From the sequence record OP172789: a stretch of DNA of 64,000 nt; one strand, given 5' to 3'. Below, piece after piece: positions 8,419-17,577 of this stretch (positions are counted from its first letter, which is position 1; the number at the start of each line of letters is the position of its first letter). The translations under genes were made by a program, and so were the position numbers. This stretch comes from Escherichia phage ECO71P1. The notes below the pieces were generated by a model. That model was not told the DNA's origin, did not search any database, and saw only the letters and a program-made list of their open reading frames with translations.

Positions 8419-10088
8419 CAGAATTCATCCTTATCTCTTCCTAAAGAACGTTTGCGTTCAATAACCTTCTTCAAGAATTCAATATCTTCAGGGTCAGATT
8501 CATCGCGGATAAGATACGCCAAAATAGTCATCAGGTCAGAAATGTATTCCCCTGCTTCATTCTTAATCAGCGGCGTAAAGTAACCACGCTGGTTGCGATA
8601 GGTTGCAGGCTCAAATCCAAGCTTCGACATGTGCGGCGCAAGGGTACGTGAGAAAGGCGACTTGCCGCACTTAGCTCTGAAGCCCATAGCGATTGCACCA
8701 CTAGTGATGTGCCAGCGTCCGCTGTGATGTCGGTCATAAGGCGCGGTGATGACGACTTCAACAAGGTCGTTGTCGACCATCTCGTCACGGATAACGCCGC
8801 GAGCACGTTCCATTTCGTTCTTGCTGAACTCAGTAAGCATGCGAGACGTTTCACCAACAAAAGCGTTGTAACCTGCTTCGCCGTGCTTCTCCATCCACGC
8901 AGCACACTCAGCCATCAACTGCCAAACATCTTCTTTCAAAGTGGAAAGGTCAGCTTGGAAGTCTTTCGACCAGTTCGGTTGCCCGTCCTTGTCTGCGAGT
9001 TGGCCAACAAAGATAGGATACACACGACGGTTGCCCGTATCGTCACGCTGCATGCCTGCGTATTCGTTGCCGTCCATGATAGCAATCCACTGGCGCGGTT
9101 TAACCTGCGTATCTTCAAATTTGAAGTCCAGGTCATCTTCCGTCTTAGTCAGGAATGCTTTCATGTTTTCGATGTCGGCCTTTTTAAAGCCTGTCATCTC
9201 GCCAACGTTCGCGATAATTGAGCGACCCGTAATAGCTCGCAAGAACGGGTTGAAGTTCTGCGCGGCCAAGTTCAACGGAATCGGTGTTGCGTGGCGGTCG
9301 TTCATAATAGCTTCGCAAAGCAGCTTACTGAAATAACTCTTCCCTGCGTTCTGGCCGCCGATGAGCGCAATGGAGATTGGCGCTTGACAGCCAGGGTTGG
9401 TCAGGCGGTTATAGAGCGATAGCCAAAAATACACACCGATTTGTCGGTTTAACTCTGTATCGAACGGTCGGAATAGCTCGATAAGGTATTTCTCAATGCG
9501 CGCAGTACCGTCCCATTCAGGCAGCTTCTTGTAGAAGAAGTCCATCAGGTCGTCGCGCTGATAACGCATGGCCCATTCCTTATAGGATTGAGCGACCTGA
9601 CGTGAGTTTGGGTTGGACAGGCCTGCTGCGTCGACAGCGGCAACTATCTCTGTGACTTCCAACGTCCGGTCGGTGAATGTTTCTCCGCGATGGTCGACTA
9701 AGCGTCCACGAAAAGTATCTTTGTGAGGGAATGGGACAATGCCGCTTCCCTTATCAAACAACGCGTCGAAAACCGCATAACGGTTCATGTCACTCGTCCG
9801 GTCCGCCTGAAGAACAAAATCATCTTTCGTCGGTTTGTAGTGAGGGAACTTGATTACCTGAAGTGAGGCGAGCAAACGTGCTCTTTCAACCAAGTCTTCT
9901 TCACCGTAGCACTCCATGCGCTCTGCATCTTTCTCAACAGCCTTATGCTGGAGGCTGATTTTAGCTCTGGTGCCTTGCTGCTCTGCCGCTTGCATCTCTT
10001 CTGAAACACCAGCGTCTTGAATTTCGTCAAAGGTTGCACCAAATTCATCACCTGTATCCTCTGGAAGATTGTCATGTTCAATTGACAT
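8418..10088 (-). CDS. DNA primase-helicase-like P-loop NTPase (VirE/D5 family-like)
   Basis: Walker A GGQNAGKS in the C-terminal half of a 556-aa protein; architecture typical of phage replicative primase-helicases. Confidence 0.7.
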   Translation of the reverse strand: MSIEHDNLPEDTGDEFGATFDEIQDAGVSEEMQAAEQQGTRAKISLQHKAVEKDAERMECYGEEDLVERARLLASLQVIKFPHYKPTKDDFVLQADRTSDMNRYAVFDALFDKGSGIVPFPHKDTFRGRLVDHRGETFTDRTLEVTEIVAAVDAAGLSNPNSRQVAQSYKEWAMRYQRDDLMDFFYKKLPEWDGTARIEKYLIELFRPFDTELNRQIGVYFWLSLYNRLTNPGCQAPISIALIGGQNAGKSYFSKLLCEAIMNDRHATPIPLNLAAQNFNPFLRAITGRSIIANVGEMTGFKKADIENMKAFLTKTEDDLDFKFEDTQVKPRQWIAIMDGNEYAGMQRDDTGNRRVYPIFVGQLADKDGQPNWSKDFQADLSTLKEDVWQLMAECAAWMEKHGEAGYNAFVGETSRMLTEFSKNEMERARGVIRDEMVDNDLVEVVITAPYDRHHSGRWHITSGAIAMGFRAKCGKSPFSRTLAPHMSKLGFEPATYRNQRGYFTPLIKNEAGEYISDLMTILAYLIRDESDPEDIEFLKKVIERKRSLGRDKDEF

Positions 10089-10146
10089 TTAATCCTCCTG
10101 ATACGGCTTTGTTATATTGTTGCATGGATATATCCTTTCAGGGTGC

Positions 10147-10174
10147 GGTAAATAAACGCCAGAAATCTGGCGTT
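10147..10174 (-). terminator. rho-independent terminator (8-bp stem AACGCCAG/CTGGCGTT, 4-nt loop, T-tract on minus strand)
   Basis: Perfect inverted repeat 10155-10174 followed on the minus strand by UAUUUACC. Confidence 0.55.
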
Positions 10175-10224
10175 GTATATTAATATAGTAAAACTCAGTT
10201 TAAAGCAATATAACTGGTGAACTA

Positions 10225-10515
10225 TCAGCAAGGAAATTGGTCAGCGTATGCCTTTCTCAATTTGTTTACTGACTGAACAGAATGAAGGTATTGGCAATCG
10301 GTGAAGATGCGGCGCAAACAATCCATAGAAGACAGGTCATCGTTAGTAACCACCAGAATCTCTTCCGAAGGGCAACCAGCTTCTTTGGCAATCTCATTAA
10401 GATTTGAGCCATTAATTTCTTCAACACGTTTCACCTCATCGATACCGTAAACATCAACGGCAACTTCGATGTCGTCATCGCTGATATTCTCACCATAAAG
10501 AATTACAATATTCAT
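10225..10515 (-). CDS. hypothetical protein (96 aa, acidic)
   Basis: ORF track. Confidence 0.45.
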   Translation of the reverse strand: MNIVILYGENISDDDIEVAVDVYGIDEVKRVEEINGSNLNEIAKEAGCPSEEILVVTNDDLSSMDCLRRIFTDCQYLHSVQSVNKLRKAYADQFPC

Positions 10516-10634
10516 TTACTCACCCCTGCCAAATAATATGCCATATCCAATACATATAATAGCCCCAGGATGATAACAAGGGAAATGATTAATGTGTATT
10601 TCTTTACGGCTTTCATATGTATCTATACCTAAAT

Positions 10635-10898
10635 TTACTGTTGAGGATCACCGATGGAGCCTGTCGCATCCCATTCAACGCGTGCTGAACGGTCTGCTGG
10701 TGGACAACCTTCTCCGGCGTAAAGCTCCACCACGCCTTCGTGAGAGCAGCACTGGCACTCTACAAGGTCGCCGTCCTCCCAGGCACCTTCCTCTGCATTG
10801 CGATGCTGCCGCACCTTGATCACATCGCTTGCACAGTTAGGACAAGTCGAAAGACTGCTTGTGACGTTCCAAACAAACTCGTTGCGGAAAGCACCCAT
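10635..10898 (-). CDS. hypothetical zinc-ribbon protein (CPNC ... CQCC)
   Basis: Internal ATG at 10898 preceded by AGAGGTG; two Cys pairs in translation. Confidence 0.45.
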   Translation of the reverse strand: MGAFRNEFVWNVTSSLSTCPNCASDVIKVRQHRNAEEGAWEDGDLVECQCCSHEGVVELYAGEGCPPADRSARVEWDATGSIGDPQQ

Positions 10899-10899
10899 G

Positions 10900-11190
10900 C
10901 TACACCTCTTGATCTCGCTGTTGTTGAATCGCGGCTGCAGCTTCTTCAAAATTCACTGGCTCAACGGTAAACGTTGCACTGACAGTGAAGTTGTTAATCG
11001 TCAGCAAAGTATTGAAACGCTCTGCATTCAGATTCATCGCCACGTGAGTCGAAACATTAAGGATTGCGCCAACAACTTCTTCAACCGCATAGCCTTTAAA
11101 CAGAGGAAGAATTTCATTGACAAGCTTCAGCTCGTTCTCCACGCGAAGTTTTTGCGCTTCTTCAGTGGTCATCATTTTTGGTTCGTTCAT
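10900..11190 (-). CDS. hypothetical small acidic protein (96 aa)
   Basis: ORF track; Glu-rich. Confidence 0.45.
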   Translation of the reverse strand: MNEPKMMTTEEAQKLRVENELKLVNEILPLFKGYAVEEVVGAILNVSTHVAMNLNAERFNTLLTINNFTVSATFTVEPVNFEEAAAAIQQQRDQEV

Positions 11191-11397
11191 TTTTATTCCT
11201 TAACAAATTCAGAGTAGTGTTTGGCCGCAGCCGATTGGTGGTGAGCCATAACACCTTCAAGGGTGGGAAGCTCTACGTGCTTAGGTTCTGACGAATTTAA
11301 CAGACCTTCAAGCTCGATGTTCAATTCTTCGCTTTGCATAAATCACCTCTGCTTCAGTTCATAAAATGATTATAGTTGCTAGAAAAATAAAAGCAAA

Positions 11398-12480
11398 CTA
11401 TTTTATGCCACCTGCGCGACGATTTATCATATCAAGTTGATTCTCAATATAAGGCATTACTACTGCTTCGACAAAAGCGGTCCATCCTTTCTTGCCTTCC
11501 CCTTTCCGGTGACAGTCGTGAGCGCAACCGAAAACGAATTCATGTTCAGCGCCAGGGATTGGGCCGCGAAAATAAGCGCCGTATGGGTCGCCGTTGGTGT
11601 GCTCTTCACCCCAAGGACAGATGATGCGGCATTTACCTGACATGTTTTCAACCACATCGCCATCGGACCCTTCGCCCATCTTATTGCGCGCAAGGATTTG
11701 CTGGGCTATCTTATACCAAACAGCGTCATATTTGTATTCGTCAACGTCGATTTGAATTTCACGCTTTTGCGGCATAACGACGTGGAAACCGAAGGCTTGG
11801 CAAATCTCTTCGATTGTGTAGCGCAAAGAATAGTCTGCATGAACAAGTCGGCAGCGGAACGGGTCGCCGTTCTCATCGACATATTTATAGGGGCCGTCGT
11901 GAGTCACACGCTTATTGTTGATGCACCCAGGAACACGACCCACGCGTGTCACATCTTTAATCGTATTGTCGCCGCCCTTCTTGAGTACCATGTTTACGAA
12001 AGACCCAAGGAATGCTTTGAACTGAATAAGATGGTCAATCGGTTCTTTAAAGAAGTACCACAGCTGATGGTTGTTCGGTGAAGTCTCAACAATGACGGTG
12101 GGCTTCAGGCGCTCGAAAAAGAATTCCAAATCTAAATCGCCCTTTGACCCTTTACCGTGTCCGATGTCGTCGACCATCATCGCCATGCCATGACCGAAAG
12201 CCGATTCCGTGCGCCAGTATCGCATCTCGCCTGTCTTTGGGTTGGGAGACTTACGCATTGAACTTATGCAGGCGTAACCGTTCTGATGTTGCATCAGCGG
12301 CTTGCCAAGCTTCCAAGGCTTAGGCCAGAAGCTGCTGTTAATCTTTTTGCCGCGCTCGTCGGTCTGCACCGTTGCTTCAGGCGCAAACACTGTCATGACG
12401 CGTTCATCTTCTGGAATGCCTCTTTGGAGTTCCGTCAAAAACTCTTCGATTATTTTTGCTTCTTCTCTTAAACTAGCCAT
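11398..12480 (-). CDS. DNA primase-like protein (possible primase-polymerase type) with C-terminal Cys/His cluster
   Basis: 360-aa protein first in the minus-strand block, divergent from the replication block; VDDIGHGKGSKGD acidic motif and C...C...H...C...C.H cluster; assignment by motif resemblance only. Confidence 0.45.
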   Translation of the reverse strand: MASLREEAKIIEEFLTELQRGIPEDERVMTVFAPEATVQTDERGKKINSSFWPKPWKLGKPLMQHQNGYACISSMRKSPNPKTGEMRYWRTESAFGHGMAMMVDDIGHGKGSKGDLDLEFFFERLKPTVIVETSPNNHQLWYFFKEPIDHLIQFKAFLGSFVNMVLKKGGDNTIKDVTRVGRVPGCINNKRVTHDGPYKYVDENGDPFRCRLVHADYSLRYTIEEICQAFGFHVVMPQKREIQIDVDEYKYDAVWYKIAQQILARNKMGEGSDGDVVENMSGKCRIICPWGEEHTNGDPYGAYFRGPIPGAEHEFVFGCAHDCHRKGEGKKGWTAFVEAVVMPYIENQLDMINRRAGGIK

Positions 12481-12640
12481 CTTTCTTTCCTTCGGTGATC
12501 AATACCTGCAGTATAATATTGAGTGATACAAAGTCAACAATATTTACCATTTAGTTCACAATTTCGATTTACTTTGCTTTATACTATATCTGCAATTATA
12601 CTATCAGAAAATATTTCCGCACTAACAAAGGTCGCCTGAA

Positions 12641-12967
12641 ATGAACGAAAAAGATACGAAGCAACGAGAACGTGCAACACACGTCGGCATCGTTGAGTCC
12701 TTCCTTAATACAAGACTGAATTCAAGTCTTACAATTATGCGATTCCTGGGTCAACCAGACAGAATCAAATTCATCTTTGCCGCAAATCCGGTATCGCTTT
12801 ACATCCCTGTTGAATCCATGGCGTACCTGGTGCGCGACGAGCAAGGGTGGAAGATACCAAACACGACTGTTTTCTTCAGTCACGTTGACGGTGAGATGTT
12901 TGAACGAAAAGAAGATTGCCATTTTATTCCAGTATATCTGGACCTTGAAAGCGTAGTGGAGTTATAA
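12641..12967 (+). CDS. hypothetical protein (108 aa)
   Basis: ORF track; first gene of the plus-strand block after a divergent promoter region. Confidence 0.5.
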   Translation: MNEKDTKQRERATHVGIVESFLNTRLNSSLTIMRFLGQPDRIKFIFAANPVSLYIPVESMAYLVRDEQGWKIPNTTVFFSHVDGEMFERKEDCHFIPVYLDLESVVEL

Positions 12968-14151
12968 TGAACATTCCAGAATTTAATAATGAGCCAGTGA
13001 TTCAGTTCAACGCGCAACAGATTGATGCCATCGAAAAGGCCGTTGCATGGTACAAGCGATTGCAGGACGGTAAAACGACGAAGCGCGTGTTTTTCATCGC
13101 TGGCTATGCAGGAACAGGTAAAACCTCTATTGCGCGTGAGATTGTGCGCCGTTGTGTCGGTGAGTACGGTGCCATTTATATTGCGCCGACCGGAAAGGCA
13201 GCCAGCCGATTGAAGCAGAAAGGGTGTCGTGGCGCGAAGACACTTCACCAGTTCATCTATAACGTGCGCGGCGTAAATGACGACAATGAGCCAATATTTT
13301 CGAGAAAGTCAAAGCTGGACGAAAAGCCGCATCTTGTAGTCCTTGATGAAGCTTCAATGGTTGGCGAGTGGGATACAGAGCGCCTTCTTGATCACCGCAT
13401 CCCTGTGCTGGCATTAGGCGACATTGGACAAGTCCCTCCGGTAAAAGCCGCCGCCTACTTTACTGAAGATGCCGTTGACGTACTGTTAACCGAAATCATG
13501 CGGCAAGGGAAAGAGTCCAACATAATCCGCGCTTCCTTCTTCGTGCGACAGGGCAACCGACTTCCTCCGCGTGAATACGATGACGTCAAGGTGTTGGCTG
13601 AATCGCCGCGCGTTACCGCACTGAAGAAATTCATGGGCGAAGATGATCAGATTATTTGTTCATATAACAGCACCAAAGATAAATGGAATTCATTATTGCG
13701 GCAAGTGAGCGGACGTATAACGCCAATGCCAGGAATCGGTGAGAAAGTTATTTGCACATTCAACCAACACGGTCCAGGATTCTGTAATGGCGAGCAAGGG
13801 ATTGTTATTAGTTATGAGCCAGTACCGGACTTTGAAAGGGATGAAGATGAGTCCAATGAAATAATGTATGTAAATTTGCGCTCGCTTACCGATGGCAAAG
13901 ATATAAAGGTCAAGATAAATCCTCTTTCCTTCTCTACTGATCAGGAAGTGCGCAAAGAGGCTCAACGCGCTGTTGGAGGAATGGACTATGGCTATGTCAT
14001 AACGGTGCACAAATCGCAAGGCAGCGAGTGGGATAATGTGTGCGTTCTGGAAGAAATCTTGCGCGGCGTTCCGTATGCCAAGATGATGTACACAGCCATC
14101 ACCCGTGCTAAGAAGAATCTGACTGTGTACCGTGATTTGAAAGCGCGTTAA
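12967..14151 (+). CDS. SF1 DNA helicase, Dda/RecD-like
   Basis: Walker A GYAGTGKTS, motif II VLDEASMV, C-terminal SQGSEWD motif. Confidence 0.8.
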   Translation: MNIPEFNNEPVIQFNAQQIDAIEKAVAWYKRLQDGKTTKRVFFIAGYAGTGKTSIAREIVRRCVGEYGAIYIAPTGKAASRLKQKGCRGAKTLHQFIYNVRGVNDDNEPIFSRKSKLDEKPHLVVLDEASMVGEWDTERLLDHRIPVLALGDIGQVPPVKAAAYFTEDAVDVLLTEIMRQGKESNIIRASFFVRQGNRLPPREYDDVKVLAESPRVTALKKFMGEDDQIICSYNSTKDKWNSLLRQVSGRITPMPGIGEKVICTFNQHGPGFCNGEQGIVISYEPVPDFERDEDESNEIMYVNLRSLTDGKDIKVKINPLSFSTDQEVRKEAQRAVGGMDYGYVITVHKSQGSEWDNVCVLEEILRGVPYAKMMYTAITRAKKNLTVYRDLKAR

Positions 14152-14225
14152 TGTTGACGTAAATTTACGAAAAATAAAACTGAAAATCAGTTTAATTAAA
14201 GTGGCATTGCCGCCAGAGTTTTTAG

Positions 14226-14254
14226 TTGCTACTGGCGGCGACTGAAGGCATAAT
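14226..14254 (+). promoter_or_regulatory. sigma70-like promoter (-35 TTGCTA, 17 bp, -10 CATAAT) with inverted repeat GCCGCCAG/CTGGCGGC bracketing the -35
   Basis: Hexamers and dyad read directly. Confidence 0.4.
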
Positions 14255-14310
14255 TAAGTTATCCCAAACGGGGAATATAAAATAAACTAATTTATTTAAG
14301 GACTGTGAAT

Positions 14311-15150
14311 ATGGCCGAAGCAATCAAAGTATTATCTAAAGAAGAAAAACAAGCAGCTGCAGCAGAACGTCGTCGCGTGGCTGAAGAAAAACGCCTGGCT
14401 AAAAAGAAAGAAGCCGAAGAAAAACGCCAGAAGCGTGAGCAGGAAAAACAAGCCAAGCGTGAAGAAGCTGCACTGAAACGCAAGCAGGCCGCTGATGAGA
14501 AAGCACAGAAACGTGCTGAAGAAGCAGCGAAGAAAGCCAAAGAGCGTGCAGAAAAAGCTGCTGCTAAGAAAGCAGAGCGTGAAGCCGCTAAAGCAGCAAA
14601 AGAAATCGAAAAGGCAAAGGCTAAAGAAGAAGCCAAGCGCCTGAAAGCTGAACAAGCTGCTGCTAAGAAAGCAGAGCGTGATCAAGCCCGTGCTGCAGCG
14701 AAGGCCGAAAAAGAGAAGGCCAAAGAAGAAGCTAAAGCGAAACGCAAGGCAGAGCGTGAAGCTGCTAAGATTGCGGCTAAAGAAGCTGCAGAAAAGCAGA
14801 AAGAACAGCGTAAGAAAGAAGCTGAAGAACGTCGCAAAGCCATCGCAGAACGTAAGGCTGCTAAAAAGGCAAACGGTCAGCGTCGTGCAAAAGCAACCCA
14901 CTTCATCTACACTGGCAATGGCCTGAGCCAGCCGCAAGAGCATTCCACCCGTGGACGCGTTCTGGCGGCGATCAAAGAAGGCGAAGTTGGCGTGGCGCAG
15001 TCTATCGATGAGCTGGGCGAAAAAGTTAAAGATCAACTGTTTGGCGCTTCCGTTCGCTCCTACCTGAGCAAGCTGGAAGAGATGGGCCACATCGAGTTTG
15101 TCGATGTTGAATCCAACGAAGATGCCGAAGACGGTGATCAAGCGGAATAA
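14311..15150 (+). CDS. Lys/Ala/Glu/Arg-rich low-complexity helical protein with C-terminal globular domain and acidic tail
   Basis: About 200 aa of KAEKAAAKKAEREA-type repeats (DNA-level direct repeats of gctgctaagaaagcagagcgtga), then ~70-aa non-repetitive domain ending EDAEDGDQAE; terminator follows. Confidence 0.7.
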   Translation: MAEAIKVLSKEEKQAAAAERRRVAEEKRLAKKKEAEEKRQKREQEKQAKREEAALKRKQAADEKAQKRAEEAAKKAKERAEKAAAKKAEREAAKAAKEIEKAKAKEEAKRLKAEQAAAKKAERDQARAAAKAEKEKAKEEAKAKRKAEREAAKIAAKEAAEKQKEQRKKEAEERRKAIAERKAAKKANGQRRAKATHFIYTGNGLSQPQEHSTRGRVLAAIKEGEVGVAQSIDELGEKVKDQLFGASVRSYLSKLEEMGHIEFVDVESNEDAEDGDQAE

Positions 15151-15175
15151 CCTTAGGACGGTTATGCAGCGGTAA

Positions 15176-15206
15176 TTGACCCACACTTGTTGTGGGTCTT
15201 TTTTCA
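15176..15206 (+). terminator. rho-independent terminator (GACCCACA/TGTGGGTC stem plus TTTTTT)
   Basis: Perfect 8-bp stem, 5-nt loop, T6 tract. Confidence 0.7.
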
Positions 15207-15229
15207 TCTGTACTAAATAAAATGACTTG

Positions 15230-15258
15230 TTGCTGTAAAATAATTTAGCTATTATACT
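15230..15258 (+). promoter_or_regulatory. sigma70-like promoter (-35 TTGCTG, 17 bp, -10 TATACT)
   Basis: Hexamers read directly upstream of 15283 gene. Confidence 0.5.
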
Positions 15259-15282
15259 TATCATATCACCCACAAAGGACAA

Positions 15283-16278
15283 ATGAACATGAAACAACCT
15301 GTAATGATTATCGGCGGCGGACTGGCAGGACTTATCACCGCTTGTCACTTCCCGAACTCTGTTGTGTACGAAGCAGGGGAACGAGCGCAACAGCACAAGG
15401 CGCTGCTACGCTTTCGCAGCGAAGAAGTAAGCCGTATTACCGGAATCCCTTTTAAGGCTGTGACAGTTGACAAGGCTGTGTATTTTCGCGGCCACTACTA
15501 CCACGACCATTGCCCAATCAACCTTGCCAATATGTATTCCATGAAGGTCACCAATCAATTTGGCAGCCGTTCAATCATGAAGCTTAAGACTGCAACGCGT
15601 TATATTGCGCCTGATGACTTTTATGATCAGCTTGTCGACAAACTGGGTGACCGAATATTCTTTAATACTCCGGTTGATACTCTTTGCGGCTATAGCGAGA
15701 CGCCAATCATCAACACGTCGCCGCTGCCAGTCATGATGAAGCTGGCTGGGATTGATCAAAAGCTTGATTTCTCATTTGATAAAGCAAACATTCGTGTTTA
15801 CCGCTTTAAGATTAAACGTAAGTGTGATTTGTATCAGACAATTTACTTCCCTGACTACTCCGTCAGAACTTACCGCGCATCAATTACTGGTGACACGCTT
15901 ATCATTGAAACAATTCCTTTGGTCAGCGTGAGTGAAGCTGCAGTTGAAGCCGCTGGCGGCATCACTCGTTACCGTGACATGAAGCTGCGCGCAGAAGTCG
16001 ACGAAGTGTTGACAGCCTTTGGCCTCTCATGGAGCGACATCGCTCTTGAAGAAGTTGAAAAGGTCGACCAGAAATATGGCAAGATTGTCGACATTCCGAA
16101 AGACTTGCGACACGCCCTACTCCTGCAGCTGACTATGGATTTGAACGTGTTCAGTGTCGGTCGATTTGCTACCTGGCGCAACATTTTGCTTGATGACGTT
16201 GCCCATGACCTTGTTGAAGTTGAAAAACTCATCAAAGCAAATAACTATCAAAAATTTGCTTATATTGCTAATAAATAA
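15283..16278 (+). CDS. FAD/NAD(P)-binding Rossmann-fold oxidoreductase (flavoprotein-like)
   Basis: N-terminal dinucleotide-binding motif VMIIGGGLAGL...E; 331 aa; exact family unresolved. Confidence 0.55.
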   Translation: MNMKQPVMIIGGGLAGLITACHFPNSVVYEAGERAQQHKALLRFRSEEVSRITGIPFKAVTVDKAVYFRGHYYHDHCPINLANMYSMKVTNQFGSRSIMKLKTATRYIAPDDFYDQLVDKLGDRIFFNTPVDTLCGYSETPIINTSPLPVMMKLAGIDQKLDFSFDKANIRVYRFKIKRKCDLYQTIYFPDYSVRTYRASITGDTLIIETIPLVSVSEAAVEAAGGITRYRDMKLRAEVDEVLTAFGLSWSDIALEEVEKVDQKYGKIVDIPKDLRHALLLQLTMDLNVFSVGRFATWRNILLDDVAHDLVEVEKLIKANNYQKFAYIANK

Positions 16279-16279
16279 T

Positions 16280-16323
16280 TTGCTTTCTGCTTCAATGGGC
16301 GTATACTTTAATCATTGAAGCAG
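16280..16323 (+). promoter_or_regulatory. promoter (-35 TTGCTT, 16 bp, -10 TATACT) with 11-bp inverted repeat CTGCTTCAATG/CATTGAAGCAG bracketing the -10
   Basis: Read directly; perfect dyad. Confidence 0.45.
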
Positions 16324-16343
16324 AACTCATAGAGGAAACGAAA

Positions 16344-16790
16344 ATGAAACGAATCACTGGAATCGCGCTTGCCGCTACTGCTATTCTCGGCACCATGTAT
16401 ATGGAAGCAACTGAAGCTGCCATCCGCACTTCCGATTCAGTCGCTGTTTACGATTGCGAAGCGATGGACGGTAAGACCGCAGCAACGACTGGTGCGAAGA
16501 TTACCACTTACATCGGTGTGAATGAGCAAGAAGGTCTGAATATTCAGATTCAGGGATTCACAGGGAAAGGTGCCAACCGTACTCCGTGGATGCAACGTTT
16601 CACTTTCGTCCAGCCTCGTTCAACTGGCGGCTTTATCAATCTGATTGGTGAAAACCGTTCTGGTGCAGAAATCTTTACATCAATGAGTTCTAATAATGAA
16701 CCAAAGAAAAGTTTTCAGTTGCTTTATAACGCACAATTCGTTTATCATTGCACCTTCTCTGGTGATCAGCAACTAGTGAATTACCGTTAA
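16344..16790 (+). CDS. hypothetical exported protein (N-terminal signal-peptide-like segment, two Cys)
   Basis: MKRITGIALAATAILGTMYMEATEAA hydrophobic N-terminus; good RBS. Confidence 0.5.
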   Translation: MKRITGIALAATAILGTMYMEATEAAIRTSDSVAVYDCEAMDGKTAATTGAKITTYIGVNEQEGLNIQIQGFTGKGANRTPWMQRFTFVQPRSTGGFINLIGENRSGAEIFTSMSSNNEPKKSFQLLYNAQFVYHCTFSGDQQLVNYR

Positions 16791-16803
16791 TAGGACAATT
16801 AAA

Positions 16804-17577
16804 ATGAAAGTTGAATTAATTCGATACACCCAAGATGCACTTGACCTTTTGCTGGAAACAAAGAACACGCGCATGACTGGTAAGCCTGTCTCTGAGATGA
16901 CGGAATCAGAGAAGCAAGAGCATTGGCGCTACATGCTTGATACAATCAAGTCACCTTTTGACTTTGTGGACTATATCTTTGACATAACCGTTGTTTCAAA
17001 GAATATGACTCATCAGATGGTCCGAACACGCGCAGGCGCATATCAAGAACGCACCAGTCGCGCTCAGGAATCTTCTGCATTTGATGCGATTCGCCCTAAA
17101 GCATTTGAGCACCCTGACGGCTCCACAAGCGAGCTTGGCGAGAAGTGGGATGATGCGATGGCGACTATTGATGCCATATATCAAGAGCTTCGCGCGGCTG
17201 GCGCAGAGATTCAGGATGCGCGTGCCGTGTTGCCTTCTAATATGCAAACGCATATCATGGCAAAGTTCAACTTGCGCACGCTGCAGCAGATGGCGTCAAA
17301 CCGCTTGTGCACGCGCACTCAAGGCGAGTATCAAGAAGTATTCCGCGCAATGGTTGCGGAAGTCCTCAAGGTGCACCCGTGGGCTAATCCTTTGCTGCAG
17401 CCGCAATGCATCGGTATGGGTAAGTGTGCGTTTCCTCGTCACGGTAAAGCCCATTGCCCTTGGTATCGTGATTGGATGGATACCACTGCACAGCAGGAAG
17501 AGTTGCGCATTCAGTTTTGGGATGCCGCGCCAATCACCAACAATCCAGTTGCTAAAGATGGAGTATCAAAAGGATGA
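16804..17577 (+). CDS. thyX: ThyX-like flavin-dependent thymidylate synthase homologue with altered signature (RTR...TSR in place of RHR...SQRY)
   Basis: SKNMTHQMVRTRAGAYQERTSRAQ aligns to the ThyX RHRx7S block as recalled; 257 aa; translationally coupled to next gene. Confidence 0.6.
   Translation: MKVELIRYTQDALDLLLETKNTRMTGKPVSEMTESEKQEHWRYMLDTIKSPFDFVDYIFDITVVSKNMTHQMVRTRAGAYQERTSRAQESSAFDAIRPKAFEHPDGSTSELGEKWDDAMATIDAIYQELRAAGAEIQDARAVLPSNMQTHIMAKFNLRTLQQMASNRLCTRTQGEYQEVFRAMVAEVLKVHPWANPLLQPQCIGMGKCAFPRHGKAHCPWYRDWMDTTAQQEELRIQFWDAAPITNNPVAKDGVSKG

Noticed and set aside
8709-9336. Plus-strand ORFs (170 and 131 aa) inside the primase-helicase gene
   Set aside because: Antisense to a strongly supported Walker-A-containing gene; no start context; typical shadow ORFs
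547-12480. Integrase, repressor or other lysogeny module
   Set aside because: No tyrosine/serine recombinase motif or CI-like repressor was recognised among the ORFs; the window is described as a phage genome segment without any claim of prophage status
14332-15396. 354-aa minus-strand ORF antisense to the Lys/Ala/Glu-rich gene
   Set aside because: Its translation is a low-complexity reverse-frame shadow (Phe/Leu/Ser/Cys-rich) of the repetitive coding sequence; no RBS; overlaps two well-supported plus-strand genes
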